Shown here piece after piece: positions 19,036-28,188 of a stretch of 64,000 nucleotides of DNA; positions within the stretch are counted from its first letter, which is position 1; every line of letters starts with the position of its first letter. This stretch comes from an uncultured Gemmatimonadales bacterium (GTDB lineage Bacteria; Gemmatimonadota; Gemmatimonadetes; Palauibacterales; Palauibacteraceae). The DNA lies in NCBI GenBank assembly GCA_947259585.1, contig CAMYMV010000009.1, forward strand, positions 40,658 to 104,657, in the 5' to 3' direction. The notes beneath the pieces were generated by a model that saw only the letters and a list, made by a program, of their open reading frames with translations, ran no database searches and was not told the DNA's origin. The translations under genes and the position numbers were made by a program.

Positions 19036-19695
19036 ATGCAGATACGAGACCCGGTATGCGGTATGAGTTTCGACCGCGAGGAAGCTGTCGCTGTCGTGGA
19101 GCAAGCGGGGGAGGATTATCGCTTCTGCTCCCCCGGCTGCGCGGAGGCATTTGCGCAAGATCCTGACCGGTTCATCGAAATCCAGGAGTCTCTGCCCGTC
19201 GATCAGCCTCTTAGCGACCGCTTCCGTGGGCGGCTCGACGACCCGGATGAGATAGGTGCCACCGAGCCCCTCTCGACCACGTGTCCGATCTGCGGAGTGG
19301 AAACAGGGGTGGCACGTGTCTGCCAGACGGAACTCGGTTCGCTCGGGTTGGTCGAGCTCGAGACGATGGTGCGTAACGAGTGGCGGCGCCGCATGGGCAG
19401 CGAAGCCTACCGAAGGCCACATCCACGATCGCTGATCAGGTCGCTGGTCGTATATGCGCTTGCGCCGGAGAGTTTGGCGCGACGAATGACCGCTGAGAAC
19501 GAGGTGTGGAGTGAGGTTGCCATGCTCGAGTCCTGGGGCCTTAGCAGACAGGCTATGAGGGCTGAGTTGCAGGAATTGATGCAGGCAACCCTGGATGTCT
19601 TGGCGGACAACTGCGCCGAAGTCGATGAAAGCCGGGCGATCCTGGACCCGATCGAGAGGATGCTCGAAGAGACACTCAGCTGGCCGCCTGCGTAG
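19036..19695 (+). CDS. YHS/TRASH-domain protein with about 150-aa unknown C-terminal domain
   Basis: MQIRDPVCGMSFDREEAVAVVEQAGEDYRFCSPGCAEAFAQDPDRF. The ATG at 19036 follows AAAGGAGGA. Confidence 0.8.
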   Translation: MQIRDPVCGMSFDREEAVAVVEQAGEDYRFCSPGCAEAFAQDPDRFIEIQESLPVDQPLSDRFRGRLDDPDEIGATEPLSTTCPICGVETGVARVCQTELGSLGLVELETMVRNEWRRRMGSEAYRRPHPRSLIRSLVVYALAPESLARRMTAENEVWSEVAMLESWGLSRQAMRAELQELMQATLDVLADNCAEVDESRAILDPIERMLEETLSWPPA

Positions 19696-19813
19696 CAGGA
19701 ACCACTGTCGGCCCGGCCCCGAGATGCCGGCTGTCGCACCTATCCTTACCTAGCGGTACCGCCGCCCAGATCCCCGAAGTCGATCTAGGCCGTCTACTCC
19801 GTAATCCAGGCTA

Positions 19814-19868
19814 GTTAAGGTTTCTTCACTCGACTTTAAGCCGGCCTTCACGCGTACCCTCCCATAGT
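19814..19868 (+). promoter_or_regulatory. Island operator/promoter site C
   Basis: GTTAAG-N4-CTTCAC-N5-TTTAAG-N5-CTTCAC-N11-CATAGT. Confidence 0.65.
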
Positions 19869-19900
19869 TGCACCCGAAAGCATAGGCGAACCGCAGCAAG

Positions 19901-20644
19901 GTGGGTGGAATGATCCCGGATTCCTACGTCTGGTTGGTATGGTCCAGCGCGTTCCTCATCCCGTGGGCTCTTCTCTATATCGCGTTCGCGCTTCATCGGC
20001 GAGTGATGATCTGGGCCAGCCTCTTCACCATGCCGTTTGGGCTGACGGAGCCGCTGTTCGTTCCCGAATATTGGAGCCCGCCGAGCCTCTTCGACCTTGC
20101 CCGGCGTACGGGATTCGATATCGAGAGCCTCATCTTTTGCTTTGGGATCGGCGGAATCGGCGCAGTGCTCTACAACGTGCTCACACGGCGGGCAGCGGCG
20201 CCCGTGGAAGCCTGCGAGCGGGAGCACCGGCACCACCGGTTTCATCGCTGGGCTCTGGCGGCTCCCTTCATGGCATTCCCCGTCCTCTATCTGCTGCCGT
20301 GGAACCCTATCTATCCAAGCATCGCGGCGATGTTGATCGGAGCCGCCGCGACGACTTGGTGTCGCCCCGACTTGAAACGCAACACGATCGTGGGAGGCGT
20401 TCTCTTCCTCGCGTACTACTCCGTCTTCCTGTTGGGCCTGGAGGTGTCCGCTCCCGAATACATCGAGCGAGTGTGGAATCTGGATGCCCTGACCGGCGTT
20501 CGCCTGTGGGTCTTCCCCCTCGAAGAGCTGTTGTTCGCCATCGCCTTCGGAGCCTACTGGGCTGGGGTCTATGAGCATTTCACGTGGAAACGATCCAGTG
20601 AGACGACGACGGCGGCAACGGCGGTGCCAAGTGGAGCTCCGTGA
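19901..20644 (+). CDS. Polytopic membrane protein, family not recognised (weak resemblance to lycopene-cyclase-domain proteins)
   Basis: 247 aa with about 7 hydrophobic segments. It is a single-gene unit behind site C. Confidence 0.6.
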   Translation: MGGMIPDSYVWLVWSSAFLIPWALLYIAFALHRRVMIWASLFTMPFGLTEPLFVPEYWSPPSLFDLARRTGFDIESLIFCFGIGGIGAVLYNVLTRRAAAPVEACEREHRHHRFHRWALAAPFMAFPVLYLLPWNPIYPSIAAMLIGAAATTWCRPDLKRNTIVGGVLFLAYYSVFLLGLEVSAPEYIERVWNLDALTGVRLWVFPLEELLFAIAFGAYWAGVYEHFTWKRSSETTTAATAVPSGAP

Positions 20645-20665
20645 GCAGCCTTTGCCCGGTCGCTT

Positions 20666-20721
20666 CATAAAGATGTCTTCACGGCAGCTTCAGGCGGTCT
20701 TTAATGCGCACTCACTATCCT
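20666..20721 (+). promoter_or_regulatory. Island operator/promoter site D (copA operon)
   Basis: CATAAA-N5-CTTCAC-N5-CTTCAG-N5-CTTTAA-N11-TATCCT. Confidence 0.65.
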
Positions 20722-20814
20722 GATGTTGAACGCGGCAGGCCCTTAAGGAGAGCCGACTGTGGGAAACGAATTCCCAAGGGGCCCTCAGTCGCACGACAGA
20801 CGATCGAAGGAGCA

Positions 20815-21444
20815 ATGGAAATGACCAAGATGACACGAGGCTTCCTGTCTGTAGTGACGGTAGCCCTTCTGACCGTTCCGGCAGTCCTGTCGGCGCAGGA
20901 GCAGGAGCACAAGCACGGAAAGGAAGCAGGAAAGCAGGAGGCGAGCAGCATGCGGGGCCCGCATGGGGCTCACGCGCAGGGCCAGATGATGGGAATGATG
21001 TCGCAGATGGGCATGGGTGCGATGGGACGAAACCCTGCGATGCTTCTCGCACAAAAGGACGCGCTCGGTCTGTCGGACGACCAGGTGGAGCGCATCAAAG
21101 CGGTCCAGGAGCAGCTGGCAGGAACTCATAAGTCTCACATGAGTGAGATGCGCCCCATTCACCAGGCTCTGATGGAAGCCCAGCAGTCCGACGATCCCGA
21201 CACTGGACAGATCGAGTCACTTCTCGAGCAAATGGCGCAGGGCCACATTCAGCTCCACATGGAGATGTTCCGCTTGGGCGGAGAGGCGCTGGATGTGCTG
21301 ACTCCCGAGCAGCGGGCGAACGCGCGCTACGGGATGAAGATGATGATGAAGCATATGAAGCGACCGATGAGCGGGTGCGGGATGGGCATGATGTCGGGCG
21401 GCATGCAGCAGGAAACGCCAGAGCACGGAGGTGACTCGTCATGA
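20815..21444 (+). CDS. Periplasmic Met/His-rich Spy/CpxP/ZraP-like protein
   Basis: Signal peptide, then MMGMMSQMGMGAMG and MKMMMKHMKRPMSGCGMGMMSGGM tracts, and LTxxQ-like motifs (LSDDQVERIK, LTPEQRANAR). The ATG at 20815 follows GAAGGAG. Confidence 0.75.
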   Translation: MEMTKMTRGFLSVVTVALLTVPAVLSAQEQEHKHGKEAGKQEASSMRGPHGAHAQGQMMGMMSQMGMGAMGRNPAMLLAQKDALGLSDDQVERIKAVQEQLAGTHKSHMSEMRPIHQALMEAQQSDDPDTGQIESLLEQMAQGHIQLHMEMFRLGGEALDVLTPEQRANARYGMKMMMKHMKRPMSGCGMGMMSGGMQQETPEHGGDSS

Positions 21445-21632
21445 GGTTCTGGCCGCGAAAGGGAGACCTCACCGATCGGCCGCCCCTCGTCACCTGTCCG
21501 ATCTGCAACATGACTTTTCGGTCGGACAAGGCGGCGGCGACGGCGAAGCGCGGTAGCTGGATCTACTACTTCTGTACGGAGGCGTGCCTTCGGCAGTTCG
21601 AGGAAGATCCCGCGCGCTACGCGAAGGGATAA
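21441..21632 (+). CDS. YHS/TRASH-domain small protein
   Basis: MRFWPRK...CPICNMTF...YYFCTEACLRQFEEDPARY. Its start overlaps the upstream stop (ATGA). Confidence 0.8.
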   Translation: MRFWPRKGDLTDRPPLVTCPICNMTFRSDKAAATAKRGSWIYYFCTEACLRQFEEDPARYAKG

Positions 21633-21649
21633 GGGGCGGAGGAGGGTGC

Positions 21650-22351
21650 ATGGACCCCGCCGTACAGATCGTACGCGCGTACCTCCAGCTCAACGGGTAC
21701 TTCACGATCTGCGAGTTCCCGGTCGTAGAGCGGTCGGTGAGGGGAGGGCGTTACAGCGCCGCAACGGACATTGACGTCCTAGCGCTTCGCTTTCCCCACG
21801 CGGCCCACGAGATCCACGTCCGACCACCAGGAAAAGGACGAACGACCGGGCCTCATCGACCCGAACAGACGGTACACTTGGACGCCGATCCGGCCTTGAG
21901 GATTCCCGACGACAGGCTCGACATGATCATAGGAGAGGTGAAGCATGGGCGCGCGGAAGCGAACCCCCGACTTCTCGATCCGCTCGTCCTTGAAACCGCC
22001 ATCTCGCGAACCGGCTGCTGCCCTCCAGCTGCGGTCCGGAGGACCGTGGAACGGCTTGCACGGCAGGGACACGCCGAACTCGATCACGGTGACGGCCTAA
22101 GGTGTCGCGTGCGACTGATGGCCTTCGGTGGGGTCGCATCTGGCGGTGGCAAGGTCGAAGTGATGCGTCTTCAGCACGCGGCCGGGTTCATCCACAAGCA
22201 CCTATGGAAGTACGATCGCGAGCTGAAGCCGGCGCGCTTCGGGGATCCGATGGTCGACCTCTTCCAGCTGTTTCAAAAGCTTGGTCTGTTCGCCGGCGAG
22301 CAAGGCGGCACCCGGATGGCTGCGGGCAATCATGGAGGAGGTCAACCATGA
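21650..22351 (+). CDS. PD-(D/E)xK nuclease-fold protein, unknown function
   Basis: VRAYLQLNGYFT..E..ATDIDVLA...MIIGEVKHG follows the E / D / ExK pattern of YraN/NucS-type folds. The ATG at 21650 follows GGAGGAGGG, and the 3' end overlaps the next gene by ATGA. Confidence 0.6.
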   Translation: MDPAVQIVRAYLQLNGYFTICEFPVVERSVRGGRYSAATDIDVLALRFPHAAHEIHVRPPGKGRTTGPHRPEQTVHLDADPALRIPDDRLDMIIGEVKHGRAEANPRLLDPLVLETAISRTGCCPPAAVRRTVERLARQGHAELDHGDGLRCRVRLMAFGGVASGGGKVEVMRLQHAAGFIHKHLWKYDRELKPARFGDPMVDLFQLFQKLGLFAGEQGGTRMAAGNHGGGQP

Positions 22352-22881
22352 GTGTCGCCCGCGATCGCGACTCTGAGTCGCGCGGGTGTCGCGTCTGCCT
22401 CGTCGTTTCCGGGCTCTCGTGCGCCGGTGAAACCGCCTCGATCGAGCGCCGGCTGTCGGCTCTGGACGGAGTACGGAGAGCCACCATCAGTCCGCTTCGG
22501 GACCGCGTTTACGTGGATGTCGAGCGGCTTGTGCAAGTGGAAGGAGTTGTCGAGCGCCTGGAGCACCTCGGTCATCCGGTAGACAGCGGTCTCTTGCAGG
22601 TCACGACGTGGATAGCGGGCTCAGCGGAACGGCTCGACCAGCTGAGAGAACGACTTCTCGCATTGAACCACGTCGTCTACTGCCATGCGTTCGGACCGAC
22701 GGGACGGCTGGATTTGGGCCTCGAGCTTCGAGGGGAGTGGAAGATAGCGGCACATGAGATATGCCGGCTTCTGTGCCAAGCCGCCGGCGAGCGCGAGCCG
22801 ATTCTGCCAGCCGACCAGGCTGCAGCTCGTTCGCCCGAGATCACCCCGACGCGACGGGAAGGAGGAATGCGGACACCTTGA
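22348..22881 (+). CDS. HMA-like (ferredoxin-fold) protein with degenerate metal site
   Basis: [29 protein letters not shown] has the position and spacing of GMTCxxC, but the second Cys is replaced. The gene is coupled on both sides (ATGA, TTGA). Confidence 0.6.
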   Translation: MSVARDRDSESRGCRVCLVVSGLSCAGETASIERRLSALDGVRRATISPLRDRVYVDVERLVQVEGVVERLEHLGHPVDSGLLQVTTWIAGSAERLDQLRERLLALNHVVYCHAFGPTGRLDLGLELRGEWKIAAHEICRLLCQAAGEREPILPADQAAARSPEITPTRREGGMRTP

Positions 22882-25379
22882 ACGATACCAATGGCTTGAG
22901 CTCTCGGATCAACATCTCGGATGCCGTACAGGACGCTGCCAACGCCGAGCTTTCCGTGCTCGGAATGACATGCGCTCACTGCTCAACCGCAATCGAGGAG
23001 ACGGTGAGCGCGATCGACGGAGTCCGTGCCGTCCACGCGAACGCCACTTCCGGCGTGGTCCACGTCGCCTATGAACCGTCACGGACCAGGATCGGGGCGA
23101 TCGTCGAGGCGGTGGAGCGGTCCGGATACCGAGTTGGCCGTGAGACGCTCCGTGTGCCGATCGATGGGATTCACTGCGCGAGCTGCGTGACGCCAATCGA
23201 GGAGGCGCTGACCGCTGCCCATGGCGTGCTAGACGCCACAGTGAGCCCAGCGACCGAGACCGCCACCGTGGATTACCTGCCGAGCGTGGCCGATTTCGGA
23301 TCGATCGAGGCGGCCATCGAATCTGCCGGCTACCGTGCGCACAACGGCTTGAAACAAGAGGAGCCGGATCGGGAAGCAGCCGACCGCGAGGCGGAGTATC
23401 GGTCGCTGATGCGGAAGTTCTGGTTCGCAGCGATCATCTCCGTCCCGGTGCTGGCTACAGCCTACCCGGAATTCGTGCCTGGATTATCGGGCCTCAGCCG
23501 GACCACGGTCCGATGGATTTGGGCGGTGGACGCGCTGCTCGCGCTCGCTGTGCTTCTCTACTCGGGCCGGCACTTCATCACAGGAGCCGTGGCTTCGTTC
23601 CGCCGCCGGTCGGCGGACATGAACACCCTCATCGCGATCGGCACCGGAGCTGCCTGGCTGTACTCCGTCGTGGCGATCGCCGTGCCGACACTTTTCCCAG
23701 AAGGTACCGCGGAGGCGTTCTTCGATGTAACAGCCGTGGTCATCGCCCTCGTCGTGCTCGGGCAGGCCCTCGAGGTGCGAGCCAAAGGCCGAACCTCCGC
23801 CGCAATTCGCAAGCTGCTCGATCTCCAGGCGAAGACCGCCCGCGTCATCCGGGATGGGGTGGAGGTGGATATCCCGGTGGAAGAGGTAGAAGTCGACGAC
23901 GTCGTGGTCATCCGGCCTGGCGAGAAAGTGCCGGTCGATGGGACGGTCACCGAGGGGGCGAGCGCGATCGATGAGTCGATGGTCACGGGAGAGAGCATCC
24001 CGGTAGAGAAAGGTCCGGGAGATCCGGTAATCGGGGCGACGATCAACCGGGCCGGCAGTCTGAAGTTCAAGGCCACGAAGGTGGGCAAGGACACAGCCCT
24101 CGCACAGATCGTCAAGATGGTACGGGACGCACAAGGTTCGAAGGCGCCGATTGCGCGGACCGTGGATGTCGTGTCGAGCTACTTCGTCCCGGCCGTCATG
24201 ATAGTGGCCCTGCTGGCCTTCGGGGCCTGGTACACCTTCGGGCCAAGCCCGCAGCTCACGTACGCCATCGTCGTTGCAGTCACCGTTCTGATCATCGCGT
24301 GCCCCTGTGCTCTCGGTCTCGCCACTCCGATGTCGCTCATGGTCGGGGTCGGAAAGGCAGCCGAAAAGGGTGTGCTCATTCGGAACGGAGAGGCACTGCA
24401 GGCCTCTCGCGCCCTAAACGCCGTCATCCTGGACAAGACGGGGACTATCACCAAGGGGCAGCCCGAACTGACCGACGTGCTCACGAGTGACGGTTTCGCG
24501 GAGATCGACGTGCTACGGCTCGCCGCCTCCGCCGAGCGTCGCTCCGAGCATCCGCTAGGAGAGGCGATCGTACGGGCGGCACAGGCGCGAGAACTCGAGC
24601 TGGCAGAGCCCGAAGGCTTTAAGGCGATCGCGGGCCATGGGATCGAAGCGACCGTCGAAGAAAGGTCGATACTGCTCGGCAACCGGAAGCTCATGACCGA
24701 CCGAGACATCGACTTCGGCCCGATGGCGGAGGGGCTGACGCGGCTATCCGACGAGGGAAAGACCGCCATGTTCCTGGCGATTGACGGTCGACCGGCCGGG
24801 ATCGTAGCGGTCGCCGATACACTGAAGGACGACTCGTCCGCAGCCGTAGCGGCCCTCCATCGGCTGGGACTCGAAGTGGTCATGCTGACCGGCGACAACC
24901 AGCGGACCGCTCAGGCGATCGCGAGCCAGGTAGGGATCGAGCGGGTGTTGGCCGAAGTCCTTCCGGAGGAGAAGGCAGCGCAGGTTCAGAAGCTTCAGGC
25001 GGAGGGCAAGAGAGTCGCGATGGTGGGAGACGGAATCAACGATGCTCCGGCCCTAGCGCAAGCAGACGTGGGGATCGCAATCGGGACGGGCACGGACGTG
25101 GCGATCGAAGCCGCTGACGTCACTCTGGTAGGCGGCAGCCTAACAGGCGTCGTGCTCGCCATCGATGTTTCCAAGAGAACGTTCCGCAACATCAAGCAGA
25201 ATCTGGTCGGGGCGTTCGGCTACAACACGCTGGGTATCCCGATCGCGGCAGGCGTTCTCTATCCCGCCTTCGGCACGCTCCTCTCCCCCCTCATCGCCGG
25301 CGCCGCGATGGCATTCAGCTCCGTCACCGTGGTGACGAACGCGAACCGCCTGCGTCGCTACCGGCCTCGAGAAGCGTAG
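22878..25379 (+). CDS. copA: Copper-translocating P1B-type ATPase with two N-terminal HMA domains
   Basis: GMTCAHC and GIHCASC HMA motifs, [25 protein letters not shown]. The start is proposed at the TTG at 22878 (AAGGAGGAA upstream, TTGA overlap). The track start at 22761 overlaps the previous gene. Confidence 0.93.
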   Translation: MNDTNGLSSRINISDAVQDAANAELSVLGMTCAHCSTAIEETVSAIDGVRAVHANATSGVVHVAYEPSRTRIGAIVEAVERSGYRVGRETLRVPIDGIHCASCVTPIEEALTAAHGVLDATVSPATETATVDYLPSVADFGSIEAAIESAGYRAHNGLKQEEPDREAADREAEYRSLMRKFWFAAIISVPVLATAYPEFVPGLSGLSRTTVRWIWAVDALLALAVLLYSGRHFITGAVASFRRRSADMNTLIAIGTGAAWLYSVVAIAVPTLFPEGTAEAFFDVTAVVIALVVLGQALEVRAKGRTSAAIRKLLDLQAKTARVIRDGVEVDIPVEEVEVDDVVVIRPGEKVPVDGTVTEGASAIDESMVTGESIPVEKGPGDPVIGATINRAGSLKFKATKVGKDTALAQIVKMVRDAQGSKAPIARTVDVVSSYFVPAVMIVALLAFGAWYTFGPSPQLTYAIVVAVTVLIIACPCALGLATPMSLMVGVGKAAEKGVLIRNGEALQASRALNAVILDKTGTITKGQPELTDVLTSDGFAEIDVLRLAASAERRSEHPLGEAIVRAAQARELELAEPEGFKAIAGHGIEATVEERSILLGNRKLMTDRDIDFGPMAEGLTRLSDEGKTAMFLAIDGRPAGIVAVADTLKDDSSAAVAALHRLGLEVVMLTGDNQRTAQAIASQVGIERVLAEVLPEEKAAQVQKLQAEGKRVAMVGDGINDAPALAQADVGIAIGTGTDVAIEAADVTLVGGSLTGVVLAIDVSKRTFRNIKQNLVGAFGYNTLGIPIAAGVLYPAFGTLLSPLIAGAAMAFSSVTVVTNANRLRRYRPREA

Positions 25380-25410
25380 AGCCGAACTTACAAACCATAC
25401 GAGGTGACGC

Positions 25411-25785
25411 ATGTCAGTGGACATAATCTTGGTCGACCTCGCGGTAATCGTCGCCATCGCATGGGTCGCTTGGTACTTCTGGCTTTCTGAGAAAGAGGCT
25501 GTGAGAGCGGTGGCTGCGAGCGGCGCACAGGAGGTCATGATCCGCGTGAAGGGCGGCTACGACCCGGACGTCATAGTCGTAGACAGTGGCCGTCCCGTAC
25601 GGCTGCACTTCGATCGTCAAGAGACGGCGTCCTGCAGCGAGATGGTTGTTTTCCCCGACTTCGATGTCTCGCGGCGGCTGCCGGAAGGTGAGCTCGTCAC
25701 GATCGAGCTCACGCCAGAGACTCCTGGCGAGTACGAGTTCTCCTGTCAGATGGGAATGTTGCGTGGTCGGCTGATCGCTAATTGA
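25411..25785 (+). CDS. Membrane-anchored cupredoxin-like domain protein (ATPase-associated type)
   Basis: N-terminal TM helix, then VMIRVKGGYDPDVIVVDSGRPVRLHF..CSEMVVFPDF...GEYEFSCQMGMLRGRLI. Confidence 0.8.
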   Translation: MSVDIILVDLAVIVAIAWVAWYFWLSEKEAVRAVAASGAQEVMIRVKGGYDPDVIVVDSGRPVRLHFDRQETASCSEMVVFPDFDVSRRLPEGELVTIELTPETPGEYEFSCQMGMLRGRLIAN

Positions 25786-25842
25786 GCGTTCGATTCTCCT
25801 GCGCTGGCGGCGTTAAAGAAGGACCGGCGGAAAGAGGCGTGA

Positions 25843-26583
25843 ATGCCGACTGCACCTACCACACAGGACGTGGTTCGCAGCGCCCACTGCGGGACTGGAG
25901 GGTCTGCCGCGCTGTTAGTCGAAACCACTCGGCGGCAGGATCTTCTGCGCGGCGTCTGGAAGGAGAATCCCGTCCTCGTTCAGCTTCTGGGCCTGTGCCC
26001 GGCGCTGGCCGTCACGAATACCGTGCGAAACGGCTTCGCCATGGGGCTCGCAACGGCCTTCGTACTCGTAAGCTCGAGTTTCTTCGTGTCGAGTCTCAAA
26101 CGTCTGATCCCACACGAGGCCCGCATTTCGTCCTTCGTGCTGATCATCGCCACCTTCGTGACCGTCGTCGACATCTTCATGGCGGCGATGGTGCCGGATG
26201 TTTCGAAGGCCCTCGGGCCTTTCGTCCCCCTCATCGTGGTCAACTGCATGATCCTCGGGCGACAGGAGGCGTTTGCGAGTCGCCGGCCAGTTCGCCGTTC
26301 GGTGCTTGACGCCACGGGTACCTCGACAGGCTTTCTCATTGCTCTGCTACTGATGGGCGGCTTTAGGGAGTTGATGGGAAGTGGGAGCCTGCTGGGCGTG
26401 CGGGTCATGCCCCATAACTTCGAGCCGTGGGTCATCATGGTCCTGCCGCCCGGCGGTTTCTTCACCCTGGGCTTCATCCTGCTTGCACTGAGTTGGACTC
26501 GGCTGCGAAAAGCAGAGACTGGCCGCATGACAAGACCGCGCCGATGGCCCCATGGCGTGCTGACCGAAAGGAGAGCAGCCTGA
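25843..26583 (+). CDS. RnfE/NqrD-family membrane subunit (orphan)
   Basis: WKENPVLVQLLGLCPALAVT...PFVPLIVVNCMILGRQEAFA is collinear with E. coli RsxE as I recall it. Confidence 0.88.
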   Translation: MPTAPTTQDVVRSAHCGTGGSAALLVETTRRQDLLRGVWKENPVLVQLLGLCPALAVTNTVRNGFAMGLATAFVLVSSSFFVSSLKRLIPHEARISSFVLIIATFVTVVDIFMAAMVPDVSKALGPFVPLIVVNCMILGRQEAFASRRPVRRSVLDATGTSTGFLIALLLMGGFRELMGSGSLLGVRVMPHNFEPWVIMVLPPGGFFTLGFILLALSWTRLRKAETGRMTRPRRWPHGVLTERRAA

Positions 26584-27158
26584 TGGGTGAGCTGTTCGCC
26601 ATATTCATCTCGGCATCGTTGGTCAACAACTTCGTCCTGGCGTACTTCGTGGGTCTCTGCCCGTTCTTTGGAGTTTCGAGGCAGGTATCCACCGCCGTCA
26701 GGATGGGCGGCGCGGTGACAGCCGTGATGCTCCTCACGTCCCTGGCCGTCTCCTTCCTGGAGGCTTTCCTACTGCCGCCCGTGCCTTTCCTTCGGCTCAT
26801 TTCGTACATCGTGGTTATCGCTTCGCTTGTACAGATCCTCGAGATGGCGGTCAAGAAGCTGAGCCCCGTGCTGTTCAGGGAGCTAGGGATCTTCTTGCCG
26901 CTCATTACGACGAACTGTGCCATTCTCTATCTGGGTCTGTTCCAGTACGCGCGCGGCTACGACTTCCTGCAAGGGATCTTCTTCGCGTTGGGAGCTGGAG
27001 CGGGCTTCACGCTCGCGCTCGTGCTAATGGCATCCATCCGACAGGGATCGGAGCTCGCTTCCGTTCCTGCCATCGCCCGGGACATGGGATTCGCGCTCAT
27101 CGTAGCCGGCAGCCTGTCTCTCGCGTTCATGGGTTTCTCCGGACTCTTCTCATCATGA
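26583..27158 (+). CDS. RnfA/NqrE-family membrane subunit (orphan)
   Basis: SLVNNFVLAYFVGLCPFFGVS...GIFLPLITTNCAILYLG...SLAFMGFSGLF. The ATG overlaps the upstream TGA (TGATG). Confidence 0.88.
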   Translation: MGELFAIFISASLVNNFVLAYFVGLCPFFGVSRQVSTAVRMGGAVTAVMLLTSLAVSFLEAFLLPPVPFLRLISYIVVIASLVQILEMAVKKLSPVLFRELGIFLPLITTNCAILYLGLFQYARGYDFLQGIFFALGAGAGFTLALVLMASIRQGSELASVPAIARDMGFALIVAGSLSLAFMGFSGLFSS

Positions 27159-27177
27159 ATCGCCGGCACGCCGCTCT

Positions 27178-27534
27178 ATGAAAGCGCCGTATCTCGGGAT
27201 CGTCTTCCTCGGCATCGTCGCAATTTTGAACGCGGCGATGATGATCGGGATGAGCCACATGATGGGCTCCCGTCGACCGACCTCTACCAAGGCCGAACCG
27301 TACGAATCCGGCATCCCGCCGCTCGGGGGAACTCGAGAACGATACTCGGTGAGTTTCTACATGGTAGCCGTGCTCTTCATCATCTTCGATATCGAAACGA
27401 TCTTCTTGATCCCGTGGGCGGTTGTGTTCCGGGGCCTGCCTCTGGGAGGGTTCCTCGCGATGATCCTCTTCCTGGCCGTCCTGGGTGTCGGTCTCGTGTA
27501 CGCCTGGAAGAAGGGAGCTCTCGAGTGGGACTGA
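27178..27534 (+). CDS. NuoA/ND3-family subunit (orphan)
   Basis: KAEPYESGIPPLGGTRERYSVSFYMVAVLFIIFDIETIFLIPWAVVF...GLVYAWKKGALEW. Confidence 0.88.
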   Translation: MKAPYLGIVFLGIVAILNAAMMIGMSHMMGSRRPTSTKAEPYESGIPPLGGTRERYSVSFYMVAVLFIIFDIETIFLIPWAVVFRGLPLGGFLAMILFLAVLGVGLVYAWKKGALEWD

Positions 27535-27722
27535 CCGGCACTCTAGGCCGTTCACCTGTTACCGATGGCTGCCGCCCCTTGACGTGGATATCGCGCACGC
27601 CCTCCTCCGCCTGACCCACTTCGTAAGCTGCAGCATCGCCAAGTAGAAGCCGATCCTTGCCGCCAGCGCTCGCTGGCGTGTCGGGAGCCCCTCTCACCGC
27701 GCATGGCTCGCCTCGACGTTTC

Positions 27723-27777
27723 GTGAACATGTCTTCATGCCAGCTTTAGCGGCGCTTTAGGGAGCGGGACGTATCGT
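27723..27777 (+). promoter_or_regulatory. Island operator/promoter site E
   Basis: GTGAAC-N4-CTTCAT-N5-CTTTAG-N5-CTTTAG-N11-TATCGT. Confidence 0.65.
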
Positions 27778-27867
27778 GTGGTCGGGCGGGATGCCGTTAC
27801 TGACAGGAAGGGCGCCCGGGAGAGGAAAGCCAAAGAGGAGCCCGAGCGGTTCAGACCGGAGGATACT

Positions 27868-28185
27868 ATGAAACAGGGGAAGATCGAGCTGGTTGGGGCT
27901 CTGGTGACCGTCACCGCCGCCAACCCGTTGCGCGCAGATCCAACGACGAGGGTGAATTCGATGAGGTTCTGGTCCCGGAAGCCGGCGCCCGAAGGTGAAG
28001 AGCGTCCAGCGAAGGTGACGGACCCAGTCTGCGGGATGGCCTTGGACAGGGAGAAGGCCGTGGCCACCGTCATCCTCCGCGACCGGACCGTCTACTTCTG
28101 CTCGAAGGCCTGCCAGCGACAGTTCGAGGAAGACCCCAACCAGTACCTCAATCTGCAATCTGCGAGGTCGGCACGTAAGGGCTGA
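27868..28185 (+). CDS. YHS/TRASH-domain protein
   Basis: MRFWSRKP...VTDPVCGMALDREKAVATVILRDRTVYFCSKACQRQFEEDPNQY. The ATG at 27868 follows GGAGGAT; an alternative start is the internal MRFW. Confidence 0.8.
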   Translation: MKQGKIELVGALVTVTAANPLRADPTTRVNSMRFWSRKPAPEGEERPAKVTDPVCGMALDREKAVATVILRDRTVYFCSKACQRQFEEDPNQYLNLQSARSARKG

Positions 28186-28188
28186 ACG

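Noticed and set aside
17569-20730. Shared TCCTGATGTT after the -10 boxes of sites B and D, considered as a possible conserved leader motif.
   Set aside because: There are only two occurrences, at different distances from the -10 box (17 nt versus overlapping it). This is too little to separate from chance.
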